From a virus (Duplodnaviria; Heunggongvirae; Uroviricota; Caudoviricetes), in the IMG/VR virus record IMGVR_UViG_3300037391_000121: a stretch of 41,671 nt of DNA; one strand, 5' to 3'. A program made the translations under genes and the position numbers. Under the pieces are notes generated by a model. The model was not told the DNA's origin. It worked only from the letters and a program-made list of their open reading frames with translations, and ran no database searches. Positions 9,551 to 18,926 of the stretch are shown in pieces; the first letter of the stretch is position 1; each line of letters begins with the position of its first letter.

Positions 9551-9747
9551 GCAAACCAATCGCAGGACGAACTTGGCGAAGCAATGCCGACAAAGCAGCG
9601 GACGAACAGCGTCGGATTCTGGACGCCTTCCACTCGCGGCAGGCGACTCGCTATCTGGAGTTGCTCAAGACCTTGCCGCCAGAGCAGCAACCCAAGTCGG
9701 GGCCACAATTGGTCGGCGACTATCTGGAGTTCTTGACAACGCCATGA
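9547..9747 (+). CDS. hypothetical protein
   Basis: ATGA-coupled on both sides, 66 aa. Confidence 0.7.
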   Translation: MSKPIAGRTWRSNADKAADEQRRILDAFHSRQATRYLELLKTLPPEQQPKSGPQLVGDYLEFLTTP

Positions 9748-10404
9748 GAAGGTTCATCGGGAAGTTCATCTACGGCACCCGCTGGATACTGTTCCCGATC
9801 AACGTCGGGCTATTGGCGGTACTGGCGATGTACGTGGTCGCGTTCCTCGTGAACGATTACCGCTTCATCGTGCATGAGTTCACGTGGGACATGGAATCCC
9901 TGATGGTGCTGCTCCTCGGCTTCGTGGATGCGGCAATGGTCGCCAATTTGATTATCATGATCGTACAGGGCGGGCACCAGATTTTCATCCACAAGTTCGA
10001 GCTACCTGAGAAAGATGAACGAGCACAGTGGCTCGACCATATCGACTCTGGGCTGCTCAAGGTCAAAACCGCACAATCGATTGCGGGCATCACCCTGATT
10101 CAGATTTTGAAGGATTTTGTCAACATCGAGAAGGTGCAGTGGATTCTGGTCGAGCATCGCATGATTATCCATGTCATAGCGTTGGTTTCGGCGTGCATCC
10201 CTTCCCCGCTCTCCGTCAAGTGGCCCGATGTGTTTCCAGCCAAAGAGGGATACACCAAGATTCGCCTGAGTTTCCTGACGGATGACCCCAAGCATATCCG
10301 CTCCCTGATGTTGCAGCAAATCTACAACGTCAAGCCGCCGTTCGTTGAGGATGGCCGCGATTTGGCGAGTCACACACCCAACACAGGAGAAAGAACATGC
10401 ATAA
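9744..10404 (+). pseudogene. YqhA / UPF0114-family membrane protein interrupted by an out-of-frame 164-bp duplication
   Basis: RWILFPINVGL, LLGFVDAAMVANLIIMI, WLDHIDSGLLKVK are UPF0114-like; the native tail MAAIWRVTHPTQEKEHA* resumes at 10351 in another frame and its stop overlaps the next start. Confidence 0.75.
10190..10353 (+). repeat. 164-bp perfect direct repeat, copy 2
   Basis: identical to 3819..3982. Confidence 0.95.
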
Positions 10405-10954
10405 ACAACGCGGACAAGCGAATGGAGTCGTGGTTGTCCTTGTAGCGGTCGCCATCGTGCTCATTATCGCCGCCATTTCTCTCAGCCACAGCGATAAAAA
10501 GTCTCACCGAACACACGGTCATCGCACCGTCGTCAAGGGCGAATTCCTCACGCCCACACAGGACGGTCGCGGTCGCTACGCCTACCAAAACGACGGCGGC
10601 GACTGGTACATCTACTACTGGATGATGACCAGCAACAACTCCTATTCGTATTCCGCCCCTCCTCCGTTGACGGGCTATGCACTGCCGAGCGGTGGGCAGT
10701 GGACGAAAGTTACGGATGAGCCAGACGAGGACGAGGTTATTGAACAGGAAAATGAACCTGTCATTGAGAACGACAGTAACGTCCCTGAGACCGAAGCTGA
10801 ATGGCAGACCGAGAACCAGACCGACATCGAGAACCAGTCCGTGGAGCCCGAGAATACCACCGAGCCATCGGCTGAGCCCTCGACACCATCCGATTCCAGC
10901 CCCTCTGATTCGGGTTCGGACTCTGGCGACAGCGGCGGGGATAGCTCTGACTAA
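10397..10954 (+). CDS. membrane-anchored protein with acidic Ser/Asp/Gly low-complexity tail
   Basis: N-terminal TM, YIYYWMM, tail SDSGSDSGDSGGDSSD. Confidence 0.8.
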   Translation: MHKQRGQANGVVVVLVAVAIVLIIAAISLSHSDKKSHRTHGHRTVVKGEFLTPTQDGRGRYAYQNDGGDWYIYYWMMTSNNSYSYSAPPPLTGYALPSGGQWTKVTDEPDEDEVIEQENEPVIENDSNVPETEAEWQTENQTDIENQSVEPENTTEPSAEPSTPSDSSPSDSGSDSGDSGGDSSD

Positions 10955-11356
10955 ATGGCGTCCTTCGAAGAGCATTGCCGAGACTGTGAACGGCTACTTG
11001 GACAACGTTTCGAGAACGTCAACCATTGGCTGGACGAAATGTTCCGTAAGTACGGGCCGTTGCACCGCTTCGCTCGACACCATTGGCGGGGCGTTGACGA
11101 GTGCGGGCACATGTGGGGTAACGCGGCCCGCAAAGCTGCCATCATTCATATCCTGAAAGATTGCGGTTGGGTTCCGAGTGCCCGTGATTGGGCAGAGCAG
11201 AAGGTTGATGCTCTCGGGTTTAAGATCAACAGACCTTACGGCACCGATCCAACTGCCGAACTGGTTAGTGCGTTAGGTTTCAGCGACGTGTTCAACGGCT
11301 ACTGGGACCCGAAAGAATTTGTTGCGAAAGCAAAAGAATTGATCGACGCCGACTAA
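10955..11356 (+). CDS. His-rich conserved phage protein (DUF6915-like)
   Basis: EEH...VNHWLDE...HRFARHH...AAIIHILKD pattern. Confidence 0.5.
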   Translation: MASFEEHCRDCERLLGQRFENVNHWLDEMFRKYGPLHRFARHHWRGVDECGHMWGNAARKAAIIHILKDCGWVPSARDWAEQKVDALGFKINRPYGTDPTAELVSALGFSDVFNGYWDPKEFVAKAKELIDAD

Positions 11357-11376
11357 TTCCTTCGGTATTAAGTTGT

Positions 11377-12024
11377 ATGAGCGCACCGCAAGACGTAAAC
11401 TTCAAGAAAACTGCCGCCAACGAAACCGTATACACCACTGGAGCCCAACGCGATAGTCGTTCGGGCAAGGGAGCCTTCCACTGGATGCCTTGGGATGCCG
11501 TGTTTTGCGTCTCCAACATTTACGAGCTAGGCAACAAAGGACGCAGCAAGACAGGGGATGGCAACGACCGTAATTGGGAAAACGGTATGCCTCTCATCGA
11601 CTTCCTCCACAGTGCGTTGAACCACATCACCGCCCATATCTCGGGCGACCGCAGTGAGCCGCACATCTCTCAGGCGATCTGGAACCTCCTGAACTACCTC
11701 CAGACTTCGATCTGGGTCATCCTCGGCACCCGCCCGAAAGAACTCAACAAGCTGCCGAATCATCGAGGCAACTGGAAGCCGGGAGATGAACCGCCTTCCC
11801 CGCTGTCCCCTCGGGAAATTGAATGGCTGACGTTCAAGGGCGTACTTCCCAAGCCGACCGAGGATAAAGAGACCATAACCGTACCCAAGTCGGTGACCAT
11901 CACGCCACTCATAGATGTCGAGGCTCTCAAGCAGCTTGCCCGCCCTGTTGATCCTGCCCCGAACCCTGCTGGTGGGACTCCGAAAGTAAAACCATTCGTC
12001 GAAGACGAGGATGAACCGCTCTAA
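11377..12024 (+). CDS. dATP/dGTP diphosphohydrolase-domain protein (DUF5664)
   Basis: GAQRD...GKG.FHWMP, RNWENGM, SALNH, EPHISQAIWNL. Confidence 0.8.
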   Translation: MSAPQDVNFKKTAANETVYTTGAQRDSRSGKGAFHWMPWDAVFCVSNIYELGNKGRSKTGDGNDRNWENGMPLIDFLHSALNHITAHISGDRSEPHISQAIWNLLNYLQTSIWVILGTRPKELNKLPNHRGNWKPGDEPPSPLSPREIEWLTFKGVLPKPTEDKETITVPKSVTITPLIDVEALKQLARPVDPAPNPAGGTPKVKPFVEDEDEPL

Positions 12025-12422
12025 TGGGATTCTCATTCAAAACATCATTCGCTCACCTGAACGGCAAGACGCTAACCTACGGCCAACTCATGGACGAGAT
12101 CATCCGCATCCGCGTGGAAAACCTCGGCGATCTGGCTCCAGAAGTCAACACCCATGACATGCTCTACCAGATGATGCAGATGGGCTGGGTGAGCTTTCCA
12201 GATGACGGTACGGGCGGCGATACTTCCACTTGCGTCTTCAAAATCTGTGAGGATGTGCGGGATGTCCGCAAGCGCATTGACCAGTACAAGGCTGATTTTA
12301 TCAAGGAACAGGCCAAAACCTTCCTCAGCCAAGAGGAAGAGGACGGTCAGTTCTACCCAGCCGACGTGGACACGAGCGAATACCGCACCGCTGTCCGTGA
12401 ACTTGCTTTTGGGAATTCCTAA
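12024..12422 (+). CDS. hypothetical protein
   Basis: TAATG coupling, 132 aa. Confidence 0.75.
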   Translation: MGFSFKTSFAHLNGKTLTYGQLMDEIIRIRVENLGDLAPEVNTHDMLYQMMQMGWVSFPDDGTGGDTSTCVFKICEDVRDVRKRIDQYKADFIKEQAKTFLSQEEEDGQFYPADVDTSEYRTAVRELAFGNS

Positions 12423-12449
12423 TTCTGGGTTCTCTTATAGAGACCACCC

Positions 12450-13064
12450 ATGGAACGAGTTTTCACAGCAACCGAAGACGGCTACTACCTCATCCCCAAA
12501 AAGGCCATGACGCCTACCATCAAGTCTGCCCCGGGCAACCACCACAACGAAGTCGATGGCAACCCTTTATTTGAGCACAGAGTGGGAAATGACGATTCGA
12601 CCTGCGAAGGTTGTGGGGCCGAAATGAACACAATCGAGCGTCTTTGCCCCAGTTGCTCAGAAACCTCCAAGGAAGCCGCTGTAGGGGCTCAGCCCGTGGA
12701 GGTACGCCAACCTATGCACGACGACTCGGGGGCTGCTACGGGGCTCCGTAGGCGTCCAGACTACGGGGAAAGCGACTCTATCACGACAAGGCTCAATAAC
12801 GGGAACTCCAAAGGTGCTTCCGCCCAGTACGTAGTCGCCCTAGCCGCTACCAGCCGCAAGGAGGCGTCCAAGACAGCTACCATGTACGTTACTGGGATCG
12901 AATGGGATGGTCTGAGGGTCGCCAGCTTTAAGTTCGGCTCCGATGTCAGCAAGGCCGTCCGTCTGCCGAACCTGACCGCCAAATCCGTCAGCAAGCAGCT
13001 TTTCGCCGCTCCTTTTGAGGTAAAAGCCCGCCCTGTCTCAATCGCCTCATTCCAAGACAAATAA
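12450..13064 (+). CDS. hypothetical protein with zinc ribbon (CxxC...CxxC)
   Basis: CEGCG ... CPSC. Confidence 0.75.
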   Translation: MERVFTATEDGYYLIPKKAMTPTIKSAPGNHHNEVDGNPLFEHRVGNDDSTCEGCGAEMNTIERLCPSCSETSKEAAVGAQPVEVRQPMHDDSGAATGLRRRPDYGESDSITTRLNNGNSKGASAQYVVALAATSRKEASKTATMYVTGIEWDGLRVASFKFGSDVSKAVRLPNLTAKSVSKQLFAAPFEVKARPVSIASFQDK

Positions 13065-13066
13065 AG

Positions 13067-13097
13067 CTATCCGTTTTTCCATCTTTTCTGGTAGAAT
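13067..13097 (+). promoter_or_regulatory. phage promoter, CTA(G/T)C(C/T)-N19-TAnnAT class
   Basis: CTATCC 13067-13072, TAGAAT 13092-13097, ATG 6 nt later. Confidence 0.65.
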
Positions 13098-13103
13098 AGA
13101 GGC

Positions 13104-13823
13104 ATGATCGACGGCAGCCTCATCCCCGCTGATGCATTCCACACGCGGATAGAAGTTAAACGCATGTCCCGCTTGGAATCCGCTATTTACCTCGCCACGG
13201 CTGCTCATACGGGACAGTTTGACGAAGACGGCCAGCCCCACATCGTCCATAGCCTCGAAGTGATGTTCGCGGTGAAACGTGATCTTGAGGACACATTTGC
13301 TTTCGTCTCCGACCGCGTGCCCGTCCCCCTCCCCGAAGGTTACACCCTCGAAGATATGATGATTGCCGCCGTTCTCCATGATGTTCCCGAAGACACGAAG
13401 ATCACCCTCGACTACATCCGTGAGGTATTTGGTGACAAAATTGCCGACGCTGTTGATGGCGTGACCCGCCGCTATATCACTCTTGAGGTTAAGGAAACCT
13501 ACCGCGATTTCATCTACCGAGCGGCGGAACATTCGGCCTCGAAAATCCTCAAGGTAGCTGACCTCGGTGTAAACCGTGGTCGCACGCACAAGATCAAGCA
13601 AGCGAAGTGGCGGAACAAACTGGAATATAAGTACGACATCGCCCTCCGCGTGTTACTCTCAGACAGGCCCATCACGTGGGAGCAGGTGTCGTGGGAGTGG
13701 AAAGCCGATGCGGACTCGAAACTGGCGTACCCGAAGAACGGCAAATACTACGTGGCTGACCCTAACGGCAAACGGGTTGAAATTTCCGAAGAACAGTTCA
13801 CCGCACTGACGAGGCTCCAATGA
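13104..13823 (+). CDS. HD-domain hydrolase, SpoT/Mesh1 (small alarmone hydrolase)-like
   Basis: A.AAH.GQ...G.P.IVH, AAVLHDVPEDT, FG..IADAVDGVTR, KVAD. Confidence 0.85.
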   Translation: MIDGSLIPADAFHTRIEVKRMSRLESAIYLATAAHTGQFDEDGQPHIVHSLEVMFAVKRDLEDTFAFVSDRVPVPLPEGYTLEDMMIAAVLHDVPEDTKITLDYIREVFGDKIADAVDGVTRRYITLEVKETYRDFIYRAAEHSASKILKVADLGVNRGRTHKIKQAKWRNKLEYKYDIALRVLLSDRPITWEQVSWEWKADADSKLAYPKNGKYYVADPNGKRVEISEEQFTALTRLQ

Positions 13824-14005
13824 GAGTCACACAGGTTGGCGGCATGACAGTCGTCGGTATGAGTGAGGAGCAGGAAGTTTTCATGCAGAAGCGTATCGCT
13901 TTCGTGGAACGCTACTGCAAGGAACATGGCCTCACCAAAGAAACCATGAGCATCCAGCAGGTTCTCGAAATGTGGAAAGAAGAAGGTTGGAAGAACCCCC
14001 AATGA
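13820..14005 (+). CDS. hypothetical protein
   Basis: ATGA coupling. Confidence 0.65.
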   Translation: MRVTQVGGMTVVGMSEEQEVFMQKRIAFVERYCKEHGLTKETMSIQQVLEMWKEEGWKNPQ

Positions 14006-14292
14006 AAGTCCTGTATCGCGGGTTCAATATCGACGTGGAGAAAGCGAAGAGTATGGCTGGCTACAAGCTGACCTACTATTCCGTTTTCCGTAAGTCGGAC
14101 GGCTACGAGATGACGAGCGGGTACTGCGACGACAATGACACCGTTCGGACGTGGATCAAGATGATGAAAGAGCGGGTGGACGGATTTATCGACGACCCAA
14201 GCGAAGAGATGCATGAGACGCCAGACGACGAGGAATACTACGACGTGCTGGCGGGACATCGGCTGGAGAATCAGAAAACACAGGCGTTATGA
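14002..14292 (+). CDS. hypothetical protein
   Basis: ATGA coupling at 14002. Confidence 0.7.
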   Translation: MKVLYRGFNIDVEKAKSMAGYKLTYYSVFRKSDGYEMTSGYCDDNDTVRTWIKMMKERVDGFIDDPSEEMHETPDDEEYYDVLAGHRLENQKTQAL

Positions 14293-14723
14293 AAACTGCT
14301 ACCGCGAAACGTTACGTGTGCGAGCGTACAGGACAATCGTTCGAGTACGAGGAAATGGCCCGTGCCTCGGAAAACAAAATCTCCGAAGCCGCGTTTGCCG
14401 ATCTCAAGCGCAAGATTAAGAGCGGCAAGTTTTGGGTGCCGAAGGTTGGCGAGTGGATTTATGTCCGCACCATGATGAGCATCGACCACGGTGAGGATGA
14501 CGTTCAAGGTGGTCTCGCGATGGTCACTCGCGTGTACGACAGCATGAGCGGTGGTGATCCGAAGTGCAAGTTCGTCGAGATCGCTCAGCATGATCGTGGC
14601 GGCAACTGGACGCAGTTTCTCTTCCCAGAGCAGAAGGAACTGATGAAGCGGCACGGCAAAGAGTTTGCATGTCCCGATCCAGATTACGGCTACGCTGGTG
14701 ATCCGAATGGGGGCTTCAACTAA
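14289..14723 (+). CDS. hypothetical protein
   Basis: ATGA coupling, 144 aa. Confidence 0.75.
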   Translation: MKTATAKRYVCERTGQSFEYEEMARASENKISEAAFADLKRKIKSGKFWVPKVGEWIYVRTMMSIDHGEDDVQGGLAMVTRVYDSMSGGDPKCKFVEIAQHDRGGNWTQFLFPEQKELMKRHGKEFACPDPDYGYAGDPNGGFN

Positions 14724-15125
14724 GTGGATGATTACGGGAACTTACAAGAAGAGCGGTATCCCGAAGTTGAAGGGTTCGATCAGTTCTGTTCGAATCTCAA
14801 GATTCGTATCATCGCTCTCCACGAAGGCGACCTGAAAGATGCTCAGCGGCTCTATCGCGGAGCCGTGGTTATGGCTTACGACCGAGCGAAGGTCAAGGTC
14901 TTGGCCCGTAAACCCCCCGACTGCGAGGAGCCGACAAACACGGAACGCGGTGAGTGGCGATCCCCCGAATGGAAGCAGTTCAGGTTCAACCACGGGGAAA
15001 TTAGCCGCCTGATGCGGAAATGGCGAAGCATCAGCTTTAAGGAAATCCGCCAGAACAGCCTGAATTCCAAACTGAAATCGCCTCGCAAAAACCTAGCCGA
15101 AATCCCACAAACTCTGGTAGAATAG
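14724..15125 (+). CDS. hypothetical protein
   Basis: ORF track, 133 aa. Confidence 0.65.
   Translation: MDDYGNLQEERYPEVEGFDQFCSNLKIRIIALHEGDLKDAQRLYRGAVVMAYDRAKVKVLARKPPDCEEPTNTERGEWRSPEWKQFRFNHGEISRLMRKWRSISFKEIRQNSLNSKLKSPRKNLAEIPQTLVE
15093..15123 (+). promoter_or_regulatory. phage promoter, CTA(G/T)C(C/T)-N19-TAnnAT class
   Basis: CTAGCC 15093-15098, TAGAAT 15118-15123, ATG 6 nt later. Confidence 0.65.
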
Positions 15126-15129
15126 CCTC

Positions 15130-17298
15130 ATGATTGACGAAGACGAGATCATCAACCCCCATCAGGTGCCCTTCGAGGATTGCCCGACGACTTTACTCGC
15201 CGTCCAGCAGTACAACCGCAAGCTGGAAGAGGCTCGGGACGCCTACTACAAAAAGGCGGCTCCCATCATGACGGATGCCGAGTACGATGCGCTGGAAAAG
15301 CATCTCAAAAGCATCATCGCTCGTGCCCCCAAGTTGGCTTACGCCGCCCCGGTGTTGTCATCGGTCGGCAGCGATCTGACGGCAAATGCGAGCGGACGTG
15401 TTCGCCATATCCGTCCGATGCTCAGCATCGAGAACAAGTATACCAAGGACGAAATCACCGAGTTTTTCCTCACCCTGCCGACGCCTCTCATGTTGGCTGA
15501 GCCGAAGCGTGACGGCATCTCTTGCGAACTTCGCTATCGTGACGGTCATCTGGTGCAGGCGTTGTCCCGTGGTAACGGTTCCGAAGGCGAGGACATGACG
15601 GCACAAGTCAAGGTGCTCATGAGTGTCCCCAAGACCTTGCTGATGGAGAACACCCCGGGCGTCTATGTGCGGCACTCGGCTTTCCCCGCCGACACCAACG
15701 TTCGTGGCGAACTCGTGATGCGGAAGTCCGAACTGGAGCGCATCAACAAGGCTGCCCGTGCCAAAGGCGAGAAGGAATACGCCAGCACCCGCAACCTGAC
15801 CGCAGGCACCATGAAGCTGAAAGACCTCGCTGAGGTTGCCAAGCGTGAAATCATGTTCATCCCGTGGGAAGTTTACGGCAGCGATGACGCGGCTCTCCCC
15901 GATAGCGGCTATGCGCGAATGCTGATGCTCACAGGCGTGGGCTTCGCCAAGTACGAAGGGTTCATCATTGACAGCGCGGATAACGTCATCAAAGTGCTGG
16001 ATCACATTTTGGCCGCGAACAAGGAATCCGACGTTATCGCAGACGGTGTGGTTGTCAAGGCCGAGAGCCACAAGGATCGGGCTCGGATGGGCAACGGCAG
16101 CAAGGTCGCCAACTATCAGGTGTGCTTCAAGCCACAGTCGGCAAGTGGCACCACCTACCTTCGCAGCATTGAATGGCAAGTCGGTCGGCAGGGTAAGCTT
16201 ACGCCTGTCGCTACATGCGATCCCGTGCCTCTGGCGGGCGCTATGGTGACCCATGCGACCCTGAACAACATCACGTGGATCGACACGATGGGGTTGAAAC
16301 TCGGAGCCAAGGTTGAGATGCTTCGCTCAGGCGATGTCATCCCGCAGATCGTCAAGGTGATCGACGAAGGCGATACAAAGATCATGCCGCCGACCGTGTG
16401 CCCCGAGTGCTTTTCCAAGCTGGAAGTGCTGGACGAGGAACGCAGCGGCATCATCACCCATTGGTGCCAGAATTACGAGTGCGTAGGCCGCGTCCGCGAC
16501 CTGTTCTCGTTCATAAGCAGCCGCGACGTTCTGGAGATCGACAACCTCGGACCTGAGATGGCGACCAAGATTGTGACTGGCGGCTACGCCCGCGACATCG
16601 GCGAGTTGCTTGAGTTCCACACGGAAGCTATGCAAGGGTTGGCAACTTTCGGCGAAGAGGCATTCATCGCCAAGATGCGTAAGAAAGGCTTTGACTCCAC
16701 GCTTCCGAGAATGCTTCGCTCGATGGAGAAAGCCAAGAAAGCCCCGTGGGAACGCTGGATCGCGTGCCTCGGCATTCCGATGATCGGTCGGACGCTTGGC
16801 AAGGTGCTTGCGGCACAGTTGAAACTGGAATCAGACTGCATGGGAGAACTCCCTAATATTCTTGCTCAACTGGCAGATATGCAAGTCGAAGGTATTGGCG
16901 ATGTCAAACGGGACATGATCTTGACGTGGACGAAAGAGGCCCGTAATCAAGAGATTTGTCAGGTACTCTTCGATTCGGGAGTTCGCCCGACCAATACGAC
17001 GGTCGTCACGGTCGCTGGTGAGCCCCTCAAGGGTGTTGCCTTCTGTATCACTGGCGAGTTCACCGAGGATCGTGATAGTATTGCGGAGAAGCTGATTCGT
17101 CTCGGCGGGGTATCGAAGTCGGGCGTCACGTCGAAGTGCAACCTGTTGATCGTCGGGGATTCGGCTGGCAAGACGAAGCTGAGCAAAGCGACACAGCTTG
17201 GCATCAAGCAGGTCGGCAAAGAATGGCTCGTCCAGACCCTCACAGAGAACGGCATGGAATTGAAGGGTAATGGCGGCTTTGAACCAGAGGAAGCATGA
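15130..17298 (+). CDS. ligA: NAD-dependent DNA ligase
   Basis: MTDAEYD, PMLSI, KRDG motif I, RGNG..GEDMT, RGE, RN..AG, DGVVVK, WQVGR.G..TP, ATL.N, RSGDVIP, Zn finger, HhH and C-terminal BRCT. Confidence 0.97.
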   Translation: MIDEDEIINPHQVPFEDCPTTLLAVQQYNRKLEEARDAYYKKAAPIMTDAEYDALEKHLKSIIARAPKLAYAAPVLSSVGSDLTANASGRVRHIRPMLSIENKYTKDEITEFFLTLPTPLMLAEPKRDGISCELRYRDGHLVQALSRGNGSEGEDMTAQVKVLMSVPKTLLMENTPGVYVRHSAFPADTNVRGELVMRKSELERINKAARAKGEKEYASTRNLTAGTMKLKDLAEVAKREIMFIPWEVYGSDDAALPDSGYARMLMLTGVGFAKYEGFIIDSADNVIKVLDHILAANKESDVIADGVVVKAESHKDRARMGNGSKVANYQVCFKPQSASGTTYLRSIEWQVGRQGKLTPVATCDPVPLAGAMVTHATLNNITWIDTMGLKLGAKVEMLRSGDVIPQIVKVIDEGDTKIMPPTVCPECFSKLEVLDEERSGIITHWCQNYECVGRVRDLFSFISSRDVLEIDNLGPEMATKIVTGGYARDIGELLEFHTEAMQGLATFGEEAFIAKMRKKGFDSTLPRMLRSMEKAKKAPWERWIACLGIPMIGRTLGKVLAAQLKLESDCMGELPNILAQLADMQVEGIGDVKRDMILTWTKEARNQEICQVLFDSGVRPTNTTVVTVAGEPLKGVAFCITGEFTEDRDSIAEKLIRLGGVSKSGVTSKCNLLIVGDSAGKTKLSKATQLGIKQVGKEWLVQTLTENGMELKGNGGFEPEEA

Positions 17299-17594
17299 AA
17301 CTGACCAAGGCACAACGCGAGATTCTGACGGCTATCCGAAACGGTGCGCCGTTCTGCGAGTACCTGACGCCCGACCGCGACCGTCTATTCTTTCGCACTC
17401 TGGGCGACACTGTTCATGCGAAGCTGAACTATGTGCTGACCGATGGGACAACGAAGCGGGTGGGGTATAAGACCTTCTGGGTTCTGTTCAAGCACAACCT
17501 CATCACGCCGTCGAAGTACAAAGGCTCGCTTTCGCCTCAGGACGGCATCACGCAGTTTCACATCACCCAACGAGGGTACGAGTTACTCCAATGA
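17295..17594 (+). CDS. hypothetical protein
   Basis: ATGA coupling, 99 aa. Confidence 0.7.
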   Translation: MKLTKAQREILTAIRNGAPFCEYLTPDRDRLFFRTLGDTVHAKLNYVLTDGTTKRVGYKTFWVLFKHNLITPSKYKGSLSPQDGITQFHITQRGYELLQ

Positions 17595-17731
17595 AACGAG
17601 TCAAAAAAGGCGACAAAGTTATGGTCACGATCCCAGCGACCGTTGTACTGGCGGGACGGGCGGGCTACATGGCTCAGGTTGACCATCCTGCGGGCTTCGT
17701 GTATTACAAGAAGCCGAAGAAGAGGACATAA
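17591..17731 (+). CDS. small hypothetical protein (46 aa)
   Basis: MKRVKKGDKVMV...; coupled to neighbours on both sides. Confidence 0.55.
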   Translation: MKRVKKGDKVMVTIPATVVLAGRAGYMAQVDHPAGFVYYKKPKKRT

Positions 17732-18570
17732 TGGCATCACGTTGGCCGTTGAACATTTGGCTATGGAAAGAAGGTGAGTGGAACGGAGGGCTCGGCGGCT
17801 CCACCGCCCCCAGCTTTACCACCACCATGCAGGACTTCGAAGAGGCTCGCAACTTCATCTGTGTCAAACTCAAAAATGAGGGCTATTTTGCGGGCATGAT
17901 GTGGTGCGAAGCCACAGCCAGTCCCGAAGAGGCACGTAAAAGTGGGCACAGGCTGGAGGATTTGCAGCCCCAGCATATCGAGCTTCACTATCGGGCGTTT
18001 GACGACGCCTTCCGTGGCCGTATTGTGTGCGGCGGGCTGGAATCCACAGAAGCAATGAATAAATACGCCGCCGAGTTGCAGGCGCAGTACGCCAAGAAGG
18101 TCTTCACGCCGAACGAACTCTACGCCTTGAAACCCATCAACAACAGGAACTATATCGGTCTTGACCGTCTGGAAAAATGGCTGGGCGAGGAAGAGATTTG
18201 CCTGCACGACTACAAAAGGTGGGAAGAGATCGAGACGGCGGGACTGGTCAAACTCAAGTATCTGGTGGACGAATACATGGGCAGCGATGAGAGTTTCGAG
18301 ATCGCTACCGTGTGGTTTGCCAGCAACCCCATCGCCGTTGTCACCCACAGCGGTGAAGACAACAACGACCGTTTTATCACCGATGTCGAAGGCTTTTACA
18401 AGATGGTCACCTACCTCCGCTCGTTCATGGTGCCTGAGGAAGACGAGAAGCCCCGCATGGTAGACCCGAATAAGCCCCTGCACTGGCTAACGGAATTGGA
18501 TGGCTACCATACGATCCACGATTACTACGACGCGGAGCGACAAGAGAAGATCGAGAAGGTCAAAGTATGA
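17731..18570 (+). CDS. hypothetical protein
   Basis: GAGGA SD, 279 aa. Confidence 0.8.
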   Translation: MASRWPLNIWLWKEGEWNGGLGGSTAPSFTTTMQDFEEARNFICVKLKNEGYFAGMMWCEATASPEEARKSGHRLEDLQPQHIELHYRAFDDAFRGRIVCGGLESTEAMNKYAAELQAQYAKKVFTPNELYALKPINNRNYIGLDRLEKWLGEEEICLHDYKRWEEIETAGLVKLKYLVDEYMGSDESFEIATVWFASNPIAVVTHSGEDNNDRFITDVEGFYKMVTYLRSFMVPEEDEKPRMVDPNKPLHWLTELDGYHTIHDYYDAERQEKIEKVKV

Positions 18571-18911
18571 GGTTCTGGACAGTGTTCGGCATCTACCTAT
18601 CGCTGATCGGACTGCTCTACTCATACGCCTTCGGTTGGCAGACCGTGGGTCGTTTCTTCCTCATCGTGAAGTGGCTGGCATTTGGGCATCTGGATTGGAC
18701 ACCCGAGAAAGACAAACAGTCATTCCTCAAGTCGTTCAGCATCCACGCTCAGGACGGACTTTTCGGGCCGCATTGGGGCATTGGGTTCCAGCACGGCGGG
18801 CGGCGACATTTTTACTTCCACGACTACATGGGTTGGCACAACCTGTCGGAACTGCATCGGCGAGATAATTGCGATGACAGTGCCTACTGCCTGTGGCACG
18901 GGAGTCTGTGA
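18567..18911 (+). CDS. hypothetical membrane protein
   Basis: N-terminal TM. Confidence 0.7.
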   Translation: MRFWTVFGIYLSLIGLLYSYAFGWQTVGRFFLIVKWLAFGHLDWTPEKDKQSFLKSFSIHAQDGLFGPHWGIGFQHGGRRHFYFHDYMGWHNLSELHRRDNCDDSAYCLWHGSL

Positions 18912-18926
18912 TACACTGAGGAGACT

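Noticed and set aside
3819-10353. 164-bp repeat pair as a diversity-generating retroelement TR/VR
   Set aside because: Copies are identical with no adenine-specific mismatches and no reverse transcriptase gene is in the window
9573-10445. 290-aa ORF as a genuine fusion protein
   Set aside because: True start is 9744 (ATGA coupling) and the C-terminal part comes from the out-of-frame duplication
11377-12024. Z-genome (2-aminoadenine) pathway
   Set aside because: DUF5664 alone is not diagnostic; no purZ-like gene in the window
324-16254. Long minus-strand ORFs (for example 324-1475, 4139-5065, 5711-6394, 15358-16254)
   Set aside because: Antisense shadows of well-supported plus-strand genes in GC-rich coding DNA
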